From a virus (lineage: Duplodnaviria > Heunggongvirae > Uroviricota > Caudoviricetes), in IMG/VR virus record IMGVR_UViG_3300036715_001196, positions 1 through 64,000 of that record: a stretch of DNA of 64,000 bases; one strand, written 5' to 3'. Shown here piece by piece: positions 19,502 through 27,997 of the stretch. Under the pieces are notes generated by a model that made no database searches, had not been told where the DNA came from, and saw only the letters and a list, made by a program, of their open reading frames with translations. A program made the position numbers and the translations under genes. How positions within the stretch are numbered: position 1 is the first letter of the stretch; each line of letters starts with the position of its first letter.

Positions 19502-19723
19502 ATGTATAAACTATTGATAGATATTAGTAACCTTAATGACTGGCGTACTCCGTTATTTGCTAAATTTGTTAATTCAGTCGGTTTAGAATTTGGTGGGCAC
19601 TGTAATTGGGATGATGTGCGTACTGCGCTATCTAGATACCATGCAATACTCGACGATTTTAAATGTAATCTTTTATTTGAAACTGAAGAAGACATGTCTT
19701 TCTTTGTACTCACTTATTCATAA
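19502..19723 (+). CDS. FETEED-family small protein, copy 2
   Basis: MYKLLIDIS..., ends LFETEEDMSFFVLTYS. ATG 1 nt after the upstream stop. Confidence 0.5.
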   Translation: MYKLLIDISNLNDWRTPLFAKFVNSVGLEFGGHCNWDDVRTALSRYHAILDDFKCNLLFETEEDMSFFVLTYS

Positions 19724-19938
19724 TGAAATATATCTTAGATGTTACTGGTATTCACAAAGATGTATGGTATAATTTTATAGGCCATGTAATTGAATTATTT
19801 GTGGACATACACCGACTACCTGATCTTAATACTGTGTTAATTACCGAATTATCAAAATATAAAGGATTAATTAGCAACAAAGGATTAAGCTTTGAAACTG
19901 AAGAGGACGCAACTTATTTTGTACTTAAATGGAATTAA
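19723..19938 (+). CDS. FETEED-family small protein, copy 3
   Basis: Ends FETEEDATYFVLKWN. Confidence 0.5.
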   Translation: MKYILDVTGIHKDVWYNFIGHVIELFVDIHRLPDLNTVLITELSKYKGLISNKGLSFETEEDATYFVLKWN

Positions 19939-19940
19939 TA

Positions 19941-20180
19941 ATGGTTATATTACTTATAGATGACCCGAACAATAAAGACCACTCAGGATGTTGGTGTACT
20001 CCATTATGGTTAAATTTTACAGACTCTATTACAGGAAAACATAGGTCTTTCGATAATAACGACTGGACCAAGATACTTAGAGAATTAAACAGATTAGATA
20101 TATGTGTAGATAACGGTTTAAATTATCTCATATTTAAATCCGAAGTAGACAAATTAGCATTTGCACTTAAGTGGGGTTAG
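19941..20180 (+). CDS. FETEED-family small protein, copy 4 (divergent)
   Basis: Ends FKSEVDKLAFALKWG. Same length class and position in the array. Confidence 0.45.
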   Translation: MVILLIDDPNNKDHSGCWCTPLWLNFTDSITGKHRSFDNNDWTKILRELNRLDICVDNGLNYLIFKSEVDKLAFALKWG

Positions 20181-20181
20181 G

Positions 20182-20406
20182 ATGTATAAATTACTAATAT
20201 TTGATGCTAACGATAATGCCTGTTATACTAAAGTATTTAAGAATTTTCATAAAGAATTATTAGAAGAGTTTGGTTGCAACGTAACATGGACTGATGCAGA
20301 GTCAATACTTAAACCAAGGTACGATGCCTTACTTGATGAATTCTATGATAATATTTTATTTAATTCTGAAGAAGACATGACTTTCTTTGTACTTACTTAT
20401 TCATAA
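20182..20406 (+). CDS. FETEED-family small protein, copy 5
   Basis: MYKLLIFDAN..., ends FNSEEDMTFFVLTYS. Confidence 0.5.
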   Translation: MYKLLIFDANDNACYTKVFKNFHKELLEEFGCNVTWTDAESILKPRYDALLDEFYDNILFNSEEDMTFFVLTYS

Positions 20407-20663
20407 TGGCTCATATTTTAAAAAGTGCAGTTAATAAGGCATATATCTTAAAAACACGACCATTGTCTAACCAGACATCTAATATATGGCGAAATTTTTA
20501 TAATGATACATTTTTTGGCCGGAACTTAGCAGAAGTTGTAAATATAGATGGTTGTCTTGAAATAGAACTTTTAAAATATAATGCTACTATTGATAATTCA
20601 TGGCACGAAATTCTATTTGAAACTGAAGAAGATATGACATTCTTTGTACTTAAGTGGTCTTGA
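20406..20663 (+). CDS. FETEED-family small protein, copy 6
   Basis: Ends FETEEDMTFFVLKWS. Confidence 0.5.
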   Translation: MAHILKSAVNKAYILKTRPLSNQTSNIWRNFYNDTFFGRNLAEVVNIDGCLEIELLKYNATIDNSWHEILFETEEDMTFFVLKWS

Positions 20664-20687
20664 CATCTTACACTGTTATGCTATAAT
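20660..20687 (+). promoter_or_regulatory. sigma70-type promoter (TTGACA-N16-TATAAT)
   Basis: TTGACATCTTACACTGTTATGCTATAAT upstream of ORF 20741. Confidence 0.5.
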
Positions 20688-20740
20688 ATAACTATATACA
20701 GATTAGAAGAATCTGTAGTATTAAAATTAAGAGGCGAATA

Positions 20741-20983
20741 ATGGCACGATATACATTAAAGACATTTTATGGTTCTAAACCAGTTGAAAGATTTGACCAC
20801 AGAAAGCCTGAAAAATTAAGAAGCATTATATCACATCCGCGGTTTTCTAAATTAACAGAAACAGATGCATACGGGGTAGTTGACGAGGTTCCTGATCTTT
20901 TCGAAGTATATGATTCATACATGGAAAAAGTCCATTCTGGTAATTTAACTGATACATGCACATTTATTAAGACATTAAAATAA
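20741..20983 (+). CDS. hypothetical protein
   Basis: 80-aa ORF with GAGGCGAATAATG RBS. Confidence 0.4.
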   Translation: MARYTLKTFYGSKPVERFDHRKPEKLRSIISHPRFSKLTETDAYGVVDEVPDLFEVYDSYMEKVHSGNLTDTCTFIKTLK

Positions 20984-20986
20984 AAT

Positions 20987-21454
20987 ATGTCTAATCTATG
21001 GGATCACTTACCAAATGCAAAACATATTGATGCAATACTTGCATCAGTTAAAGCACACCCGGAAGAATGGAGTGCGGCGTGGGATGCGACAAGTGGTGCG
21101 GCGTGGGGTGCGGCAAGGAATGCGGCAAGGCGCGCGGCGTGGGAGGCGGCAAGGGATGCCGCCTCGGATGCGGCAGGTGGTGCGGCAAGGGTTGCGGCAT
21201 ATTATGCGGCAAGGGATGCGGCGTGGGATGCGGCAAGGGATGCGGCAAGTAGTGCGGCAAGTGGTGCGGCAAGTAGTGCGGCGTGTGATGCAATACTTGC
21301 CCTTATTGCATATGATGATTGCGCATATATGCTCGACTCACATCCGGGTGAACTTGAAATCCTTGCTAAGTTTGGTGATGAAAGAGCAATACTTTTATTA
21401 CCTGCATGTAAGGCATTTGCAGCTATTAAGATACATAAACCAGTTATTGCTTAA
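20987..21454 (+). CDS. HEAT-like repeat protein, family A member 3
   Basis: [28 protein letters not shown]. Long A/R/D/W/S repeat core. Conserved C-term. Stop overlaps the TTAACA -35. Confidence 0.8.
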   Translation: MSNLWDHLPNAKHIDAILASVKAHPEEWSAAWDATSGAAWGAARNAARRAAWEAARDAASDAAGGAARVAAYYAARDAAWDAARDAASSAASGAASSAACDAILALIAYDDCAYMLDSHPGELEILAKFGDERAILLLPACKAFAAIKIHKPVIA

Positions 21455-21479
21455 CAAATGATTCCAAGTATCATATAAT
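21451..21479 (+). promoter_or_regulatory. family-A cassette promoter (TTAACA-N17-TATAAT)
   Basis: TTAACAAATGATTCCAAGTATCATATAAT followed by the conserved UTR ACTACACATTAAACAAGCAGGAGCATAAAATG. Confidence 0.6.
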
Positions 21480-21509
21480 TACTACACATTAAACAAGCAG
21501 GAGCATAAA

Positions 21510-21929
21510 ATGCCTAATCTATGGGATCACTTACCAAATGCGAAACATATTGATGCAATACTTGCATCAGTTAAAGCACACCCAAAAGAATGGGGTGCGG
21601 AGTGGAATGCGGAGTGGGATGCGGCGTGGGATCGGGCAAGGGGTGCGGCGTGGGATGCGGCAAGGGAAGCGGCAAGGGAAGCGGCTAGGGATGCGGCGTG
21701 GGGTGAAGCAAGGGATGCGACATGGGATGCGGCATATTATGCGGCAAGGGTTGCGGCATGGGATGCAATCATTGCCCTTATTGCATATGACGATTGTGCA
21801 TATATGCTTGATTCAGATCTAGGTGAACTTGAAATACTTGCTAAATTCGGTGATGAGAGAGCAATTTTATTATTACCTGCATGTAAGGCATTTGCAGCTA
21901 TTAAGGAAAAAACATATGTCAATAGTTGA
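21510..21929 (+). CDS. HEAT-like repeat protein, family A member 4
   Basis: [28 protein letters not shown]. Repeats. Conserved C-term. Confidence 0.8.
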   Translation: MPNLWDHLPNAKHIDAILASVKAHPKEWGAEWNAEWDAAWDRARGAAWDAAREAAREAARDAAWGEARDATWDAAYYAARVAAWDAIIALIAYDDCAYMLDSDLGELEILAKFGDERAILLLPACKAFAAIKEKTYVNS

Positions 21930-22359
21930 AAATAAAAAAGCATTTTACGATTATGGCATAGAAGAACAATTTGAAGCTGGCCTAATTCTACAAGGTTGGG
22001 AAGTAAAAGCAATTCGTGCGGGTCAGGTACAATTAAAAGAAGCCTATATAATTATCAAAGGCGAAGAATTGTATTTATTTGGGGCACATATAAGGTCACT
22101 TATAACGACCTCAACAACTGTTAATACTGATCCTATACGCTCACGCAAATTACTGTTAAAATCTGCAGAAATTAGTAAGCTCATAGGTAAGGTTACACGA
22201 GCCGGATATACTCTCGTACCGCTCAACCTACATTTTCAAAATGGTAAAATTAAATGTCAAGTTGGATTAGCTAAAGGTAAGAGATTGTATGATAAGCGCC
22301 AAACAGAAAAAGAACGTGATTGGCAACGTGAACAACAAAAAATTTTAAAACAGAGATAA
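21916..22359 (+). CDS. smpB: SsrA-binding protein SmpB
   Basis: Near-collinear match to bacterial SmpB: KKAxxDY.IEE..EAG..L.G.EVK..R.G...L...Y, then DP.R.RKLLL...EI.KL.GKV...GYTLVPL.L.F.NG..K...LAKGK.L.DKR...K.RDWQRE. Start overlaps the end of the family-A gene. Confidence 0.8.
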   Translation: MSIVENKKAFYDYGIEEQFEAGLILQGWEVKAIRAGQVQLKEAYIIIKGEELYLFGAHIRSLITTSTTVNTDPIRSRKLLLKSAEISKLIGKVTRAGYTLVPLNLHFQNGKIKCQVGLAKGKRLYDKRQTEKERDWQREQQKILKQR

Positions 22360-22376
22360 TAACACACAAATAATGT

Positions 22377-23864
22377 ATGATAGGCATATTAAGAAACCTA
22401 TATAACACTACATCTGCAAATATCCTTGCAATTACATTAAAGCATAAACATAAAGAAATTTATGATTGGGTGATCTCTTCTACTGACGATAATTTTTTAA
22501 CATTCAACGAACGTGTTTTTTGGTTATTAAACCCATCTAATATTATCTGTGAAAATAATAAAAGACTAAAATATGTAGCAAAAAGAAAAGAATACGGTTT
22601 TTGTGGCGGACCGAATACATGTGAATGTCACAAGGCAGAAATTAAAGATCGAACCAGTAAAACCACTGTATTCGGCACCGAGGATTTTCTTGAGAAGAGA
22701 AAAGAAACCTGGACTGAAAAATACGGAACTGATAATCCGCAAAAATTACAAGAATACAAAGATTCGGCTACAGAAAGAAATACAGGTAAAGTGCATACTA
22801 AAGGTAAAAGACTCGAATATGTCGCAGATGGATATAATAAAGTCATAGCAAGGTTAAAGGACGAGTTCATACCCTTATTCACTGTAGACGAATACTTAGG
22901 CTCCGATCGTAAAAACGTATATAAATGGCAATGTGTTAAATGCTCTAAGATTGTTGATTCGCACATAGACTACGAAACTGTTCCAAGATGTACAATCTGT
23001 AATCCAAAAGAAGTGTCGACACCCGAACACGAATTAAGAGAGTATCTTGATTCATTTAATATCGCATATGAATGCAATGTTACAAACATTATTCCACCGC
23101 TTGAATTAGACATTTTTGTACCTACATTAAATGTTGCTATAGAGCACAACGGAACCTACTGGCATTCTTCAAAGAAAAAAGATAAAAATTATCATATTAA
23201 CAAATACAATATATGTAAAGAAAAAGGCATACACCTTATTCAGATATTCGGCGACCAATGGAAAAATAAACAAGATATTGTTAAAGCTAGATTAAAAAAT
23301 GTACTAGGTGTTGATACTAAAATTTATGCACGTAAATGCGATATAAAAGTTATAACAGGTAAAGAAAGTAAATTATTTTTAGATGAGCACCACATTCAAG
23401 GATGGGTATCGTCTAGTATAAAGTTAGGATTATTCTTTAACGATAATCTAGTTGCAGTAATGACATTTGGTAAACCTCGGTACGGAAATTTACAATCTTA
23501 CGAACTTTTACGATTTTGTTCTATCAATACCATTGTTGGTGGTGCTGATAAACTTTTCAAATACTTTTTAAGAAACTATAAACCTGATACTGTTGTCTCG
23601 TATGCCGATCGTTGCTGGTCGGCAGGTAATTTATATAAAAAATTAGGATTTAAAGATGTAACTGAGGATAAAAATAATATTGGGTACTTTTATATAAAAA
23701 ACGATACACGGATTAATAGGCTAGCATATACTAAGAAAAAATTAGTTAGTTTAGGTTTTGATTCAGAAAAAACCGCAGAAGAAATATTAGAATCTGAAGG
23801 ATTTCTATTAATCCATACCTGCGGCAATTATAAATTTATCTACGACAATAATCGCTTGACGTAA
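22377..23864 (+). CDS. large endonuclease-like protein with KYG repeats and a Vsr/PD-(D/E)xK-like core (paralog 2)
   Basis: Cys cluster CGGPNTCECH. KYG-type repeats (TEKYGTDNPQKLQEYKD). C-terminal IYARKCDIKVI...HHIQGW...GGADKLF collinear with the minus-strand paralog at 15677-17227. Confidence 0.55.
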   Translation: MIGILRNLYNTTSANILAITLKHKHKEIYDWVISSTDDNFLTFNERVFWLLNPSNIICENNKRLKYVAKRKEYGFCGGPNTCECHKAEIKDRTSKTTVFGTEDFLEKRKETWTEKYGTDNPQKLQEYKDSATERNTGKVHTKGKRLEYVADGYNKVIARLKDEFIPLFTVDEYLGSDRKNVYKWQCVKCSKIVDSHIDYETVPRCTICNPKEVSTPEHELREYLDSFNIAYECNVTNIIPPLELDIFVPTLNVAIEHNGTYWHSSKKKDKNYHINKYNICKEKGIHLIQIFGDQWKNKQDIVKARLKNVLGVDTKIYARKCDIKVITGKESKLFLDEHHIQGWVSSSIKLGLFFNDNLVAVMTFGKPRYGNLQSYELLRFCSINTIVGGADKLFKYFLRNYKPDTVVSYADRCWSAGNLYKKLGFKDVTEDKNNIGYFYIKNDTRINRLAYTKKKLVSLGFDSEKTAEEILESEGFLLIHTCGNYKFIYDNNRLT

Positions 23865-23915
23865 AAACACATATACCGTATAATTTACACACCTACTTAC
23901 TTAACAAGGAAAATC

Positions 23916-25097
23916 ATGGCAAACAACAACTCAAAAGAAGCTGTTTTAGACCAGTTGACACGAGCACGCATCTCCCTTTTATTAAAACAGCCGTTTTGGG
24001 GAACTCTTGCAACTCGGTTGATCTTAAAAGATGCAACCGACGAAGAGTGGTGCAACACTGCTGCTACAGACGGTCGATATTTCTACTACAACCGGGATTT
24101 TATTAGCAAATTAACTAAACCGGAAACAGTGTTTTTGGTAGCTCATGAAGTAGAACATTGCGTCTACGACCACATGAGTCGTCGTGGTAGTCGTAGACCG
24201 CAGATGTGGAATGCTGCTGCTGACTATGTAATTAATTATGAGCTGCACGAATTTGGTGTAGGTGAATTACCTAATCCAAAGACATCTGGTGTTCAGGCAT
24301 GTTTTGATGCAAAATATAAAGGCATGTTTGCTGAAGAAGTTTACGAATTGTTGTTAAAAGCCCCCGATGCAAAATTTCCAGAATTTGACATTCACTTGGA
24401 ACCAGGTGATAGCAAAGGTGAGCCGATGACTGAAGAAGAACGTCGAGTATTAGGTGACGAAATTCGTGGTGCTGTTATGCAAGCTGCTAAGGCTGCTGGT
24501 GCAGGTAATGTTCCTGCAGGTGTGAAACGCATGTTGAAAGACTTAACAAATCCACAAATGGATTGGCGCGAATTACTGAATATGCAGATTCGGTCAATGA
24601 TTAAAAATGATTTTACTTGGCAACGTTGTTCACGTAAGAGCCAAGCAAGTGGTATTTACTTGCCCGGTACAAAAGAAGACACTCGCATCGAAGCAGCAAT
24701 TGCAATCGACACATCTGGTTCAATGAGTGAAGATATGCTTCGTGATTTGTTAAGCGAAACAAAGGGCATTATGGAGCAATTTACAGACTTTAAATTGCGA
24801 GTATGGTGCTTTGATACAAAAGTTTATAATGAAGTTATGTTTACACCAGATAATATCGACGACATCGATACATACGAAATTAAGGGAGGTGGTGGCACAG
24901 ATTTTATTTGTAATTGGAAATACATGAAAGAAAACGACATCATGCCAGAACGCTTCGTTATGTTCACTGATGGTTATAATTGTCAAACATCATGGGGTGA
25001 TCCAGATTATTGTGATACTTTGTTTATTGTACACGGTGATCCGCACCACAAATTGCAAGGTGATTTTGGTACTACTGCCTGGTATCACAACGAGTAA
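23916..25097 (+). CDS. metallopeptidase-domain + VWA-domain protein (DUF2201-type partner of MoxR ATPases)
   Basis: HExxH zinc motif (VAHEVEHCVYDH) in the N-terminal half. MIDAS-type DTSGSMS motif in the C-terminal VWA half. Architecture typical of MoxR-associated VWA proteins. Confidence 0.7.
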   Translation: MANNNSKEAVLDQLTRARISLLLKQPFWGTLATRLILKDATDEEWCNTAATDGRYFYYNRDFISKLTKPETVFLVAHEVEHCVYDHMSRRGSRRPQMWNAAADYVINYELHEFGVGELPNPKTSGVQACFDAKYKGMFAEEVYELLLKAPDAKFPEFDIHLEPGDSKGEPMTEEERRVLGDEIRGAVMQAAKAAGAGNVPAGVKRMLKDLTNPQMDWRELLNMQIRSMIKNDFTWQRCSRKSQASGIYLPGTKEDTRIEAAIAIDTSGSMSEDMLRDLLSETKGIMEQFTDFKLRVWCFDTKVYNEVMFTPDNIDDIDTYEIKGGGGTDFICNWKYMKENDIMPERFVMFTDGYNCQTSWGDPDYCDTLFIVHGDPHHKLQGDFGTTAWYHNE

Positions 25098-25164
25098 CAA
25101 GCAAATGGTCGGTGGATATAGCATTGTCCCACCGACCATAAGTTTAACCCTTAAAGGAATAAAG

Positions 25165-25437
25165 ATGGTAACAGACTACATGATCCCGTGCAACGATGAA
25201 TTTATCGAAGATGTTGCAAAATCCCTTGCAAGGACGCGATTAGAAGAAGATGCAAGTTTGATTGATATGAAAAATTCTATGCCGACTAGTATGTTATCTC
25301 AGGCGTTGGACGATGCTATCGAGAAAATTTGGGCAGGTCTTGCTCCGCAGGACGATGTGTTTCGGCGACTATATAGAAGTGAAGCACAGGCAGCAATTAG
25401 GACGATAAACCTAAAGCTGCTAACACTTATCGAGTAA
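25165..25437 (+). CDS. hypothetical protein
   Basis: ATG with RBS AAAGGAATAAAG. 90 aa. Confidence 0.4.
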   Translation: MVTDYMIPCNDEFIEDVAKSLARTRLEEDASLIDMKNSMPTSMLSQALDDAIEKIWAGLAPQDDVFRRLYRSEAQAAIRTINLKLLTLIE

Positions 25438-25471
25438 GGCGATAAATATCATCAATAAGGTTATAAAACTA

Positions 25472-25747
25472 TTGATGACAAACTCGTTATATTATAAAAT
25501 CAAAGACACTGTAGGTGCTGAAAAACATTATTTGTTAGAGTTATTCTTTAAAGATTGGGTAGACGAATCTTGTAATAATCAAGTTAATTACAAATTCGAA
25601 AGCAGAAGACAAAAGAATGGATCTACATTAGATGAAGAAGTTCTACGTGTCGATTTCGAAACACAAGAAGATGCTGTAATACTTACTTTAAAAGGTATTC
25701 CGGTAGAATTTCAAGATTATTTAGAAATAGTAAAATCCTCTACCTAA
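25472..25747 (+). CDS. hypothetical protein
   Basis: 91-aa ORF. Confidence 0.4.
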   Translation: MMTNSLYYKIKDTVGAEKHYLLELFFKDWVDESCNNQVNYKFESRRQKNGSTLDEEVLRVDFETQEDAVILTLKGIPVEFQDYLEIVKSST

Positions 25748-25779
25748 TCAACTTATGTATTTAACTAAATTGGTGCAAA

Positions 25780-26370
25780 ATGTCCGACGTACTTATACTC
25801 AACGCAAGTGGGGAACCTAAGTCACTAATACCGCTTTCAGTAGTGCCGTGGCAAGATGCTGTACGTCTAGTTTTTCTTGATAAAGCAAGAGTGCTAAAGA
25901 ATTATGACAATTGGGTAGTTAGATCACAATATCTTGATATGCCAGTGCCGTCGATCATTATTATGACAGAGCAAGTTAAGTGGAATAAAACGCTTAAATA
26001 CAGCAGGCAAAACGTGTACTTAAGGGACGACTTTACATGCCAATTGCAAAGTACTCGCAGGTGTAAAGAAGTAAAAGGTAAGGTAAAAATTACCGAATTA
26101 ACAATTGATCACGTATTGCCAAAAAGTTTGGGCGGTAAAACAAACTGGACAAATGTTTGCACATCATGTAAGGATTGCAACAGCGACAAAGGTGCAGATA
26201 AATCAATTGTACCGAAGAAAATCCCGCATCGGCCATCTTACTATGAAATGCTAGCAAAAAGGAAACATTTGCCTATAACTATACGTGATGTTGAATGGAA
26301 GTGCTACATCGACTGGCCTGATGAGTTGATAAAGGTTTTACCACAACCAACAGGATCACCAAATGGCTAA
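25780..26370 (+). CDS. HNH endonuclease
   Basis: C..C ... DHVLPKSLGG..NWTN...CKDCNSDKG: HNH-type His/Asn and Cys-pair arrangement. Confidence 0.6.
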   Translation: MSDVLILNASGEPKSLIPLSVVPWQDAVRLVFLDKARVLKNYDNWVVRSQYLDMPVPSIIIMTEQVKWNKTLKYSRQNVYLRDDFTCQLQSTRRCKEVKGKVKITELTIDHVLPKSLGGKTNWTNVCTSCKDCNSDKGADKSIVPKKIPHRPSYYEMLAKRKHLPITIRDVEWKCYIDWPDELIKVLPQPTGSPNG

Positions 26371-26373
26371 CAG

Positions 26374-26406
26374 TATTACATAAGAAAAGGGGCTCTTAAA
26401 GCCCCT
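26374..26406 (+). terminator. rho-independent terminator
   Basis: AAAAGGGGCTCTTAAAGCCCCTTTTCTT hairpin + T run. Confidence 0.7.
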
Positions 26407-26522
26407 TTTCTTATGTAATACATTAATTTCTACCAATAAAATAGTATTTTCCTGTACGAAAAAGATAAATAAACATAGCATATAATATAATGCTTCATTT
26501 TAAAATTACAGGAGAACATAAA

Positions 26523-26798
26523 ATGGCAAAGAAAAACAACAAAACAGTAGAAACACCACAGGTAGAAACACCACAAGTAACAACACCACCTGTTGCGCCT
26601 ACCGAGCCCCCTCAAATATCTATTCCAGACCTTCAATTATTAGCAAGAGTAGTTGACTTAGCATCTCGCCGCGGAGCTTTCCAGGCGAATGAACTATCAC
26701 AAGTAGGTGACGTTTATAATAAACTTTCAAGCTTCTTAACGTTTATAGAAGATTCTAAGAAAGCCGAAGATGAGGCAAGTAAACAGGCAGCTGCCTAA
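26523..26798 (+). CDS. hypothetical protein (Thr/Pro/Val-rich N-terminus)
   Basis: ATG after CAGGAGAACATAAA. TETPQVETPQVTTPPVAPTEPPQ low-complexity segment. Confidence 0.45.
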   Translation: MAKKNNKTVETPQVETPQVTTPPVAPTEPPQISIPDLQLLARVVDLASRRGAFQANELSQVGDVYNKLSSFLTFIEDSKKAEDEASKQAAA

Positions 26799-26812
26799 TA
26801 AGGAGAAATAAT

Positions 26813-27562
26813 ATGGCTATCGAGAACCTTCGTAAACATGTAGGGCAATTAGTAAATACAGGTATTAGAATCGCAGTTGTATTTAGGAAAATACCAAATG
26901 ATGCAAATAGTTGTTTAATTGTAGAAACAGAGAGATTGCCTGATAGTTATCATGACTATATGCAACAATTACTAAACAGTAAAGAAGCAAAAGAAACAAA
27001 CGACTTCTACGAAGTTCTAAATCGTAGATCATTCCCTGATGGAACAAATTGTCTAACATCTTTACATCAGCGTAATTTTTTAAGAAAGGAACCTGTTTCT
27101 AATGTTACAATGCTTCCTTTACCAGGACAATCAGTGCCGCTTGCACTTATTAACGCAACTATTGACAAAACAGTTGAACAATATAAGGCAGATCAATCAA
27201 AAGAAGCTGTAGTTGAAGAGGTAATACCTGTATCTGACAATGTAATGATTGACCCCATTGCTGTAGCTAAAGGGCTTATTGTACAGGCACAAATGTTAGA
27301 AAAAGAAGCAGCGATTAAACGTGAAGAAGCATATACACTAGATCCTGCGTCTAGACCAGGCAAAGGCCGACCAACACTTGCAGCTGATATCAAGGCGCAG
27401 AAACTTGTAGAACGTAAAATTAAACGCCGTGAAAGAGATCGTGCTAAGGCAGCTGAAGCAAAAGTAGAAAAGAAAGAAGCTGTTCTTGATGCAAAAGTTG
27501 CAGCAAAATTGAAACGAGATGCTAAACGTATTAACACTCCTTCGCTTATTATTCAGGACTAA
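26813..27562 (+). CDS. hypothetical protein with basic K/R/A/E-rich C-terminus
   Basis: 249-aa ORF with RBS AAGGAGAAATAATATG. Confidence 0.45.
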   Translation: MAIENLRKHVGQLVNTGIRIAVVFRKIPNDANSCLIVETERLPDSYHDYMQQLLNSKEAKETNDFYEVLNRRSFPDGTNCLTSLHQRNFLRKEPVSNVTMLPLPGQSVPLALINATIDKTVEQYKADQSKEAVVEEVIPVSDNVMIDPIAVAKGLIVQAQMLEKEAAIKREEAYTLDPASRPGKGRPTLAADIKAQKLVERKIKRRERDRAKAAEAKVEKKEAVLDAKVAAKLKRDAKRINTPSLIIQD

Positions 27563-27633
27563 TTAATTAATAACTGGTCGGTTTACTCTGACCTTTTTTT
27601 AATAAATAATATAGGTACCTGGAGAATGAGTTA

Positions 27634-27966
27634 ATGACTAAGAAAACCACAACGACATTTGATATAGATAGACCTATAGGAAAGATTTCTAAATCAACTA
27701 TTTTTGATAAAATAATTAAAGAAATAGATGCTAAAGAAATTCCATCTAAATATATAGACCATATGTTTGTTAAATATTACGACGGAAATGTAGTAGAATT
27801 AAAAGGCAACGATTTAATTCATCCTGTGTCGTTAATAAAAGAACCCGGCAATAACAAAGGAAGTTCTTTTAACAAAATGAAAGATATAAAAGTTTTTATT
27901 TCTATAGATAAATTAGAAACTGATATAAACTCAATGGTAGAGAAATATCTAGGTAAGCATTGCTAA
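27634..27966 (+). CDS. hypothetical protein
   Basis: 110-aa ORF with RBS GGAGAATGAGTTAATG. Confidence 0.4.
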   Translation: MTKKTTTTFDIDRPIGKISKSTIFDKIIKEIDAKEIPSKYIDHMFVKYYDGNVVELKGNDLIHPVSLIKEPGNNKGSSFNKMKDIKVFISIDKLETDINSMVEKYLGKHC

Positions 27967-27997
27967 TAATAAGGTTGCTATATAGCAACCTTATTCA
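27966..27997. terminator. bidirectional hairpin terminator between convergent genes
   Basis: AATAAGGTTGCTATATAGCAACCTTATT perfect palindrome between + gene 27634-27966 and - gene 27991-29055. Confidence 0.6.
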
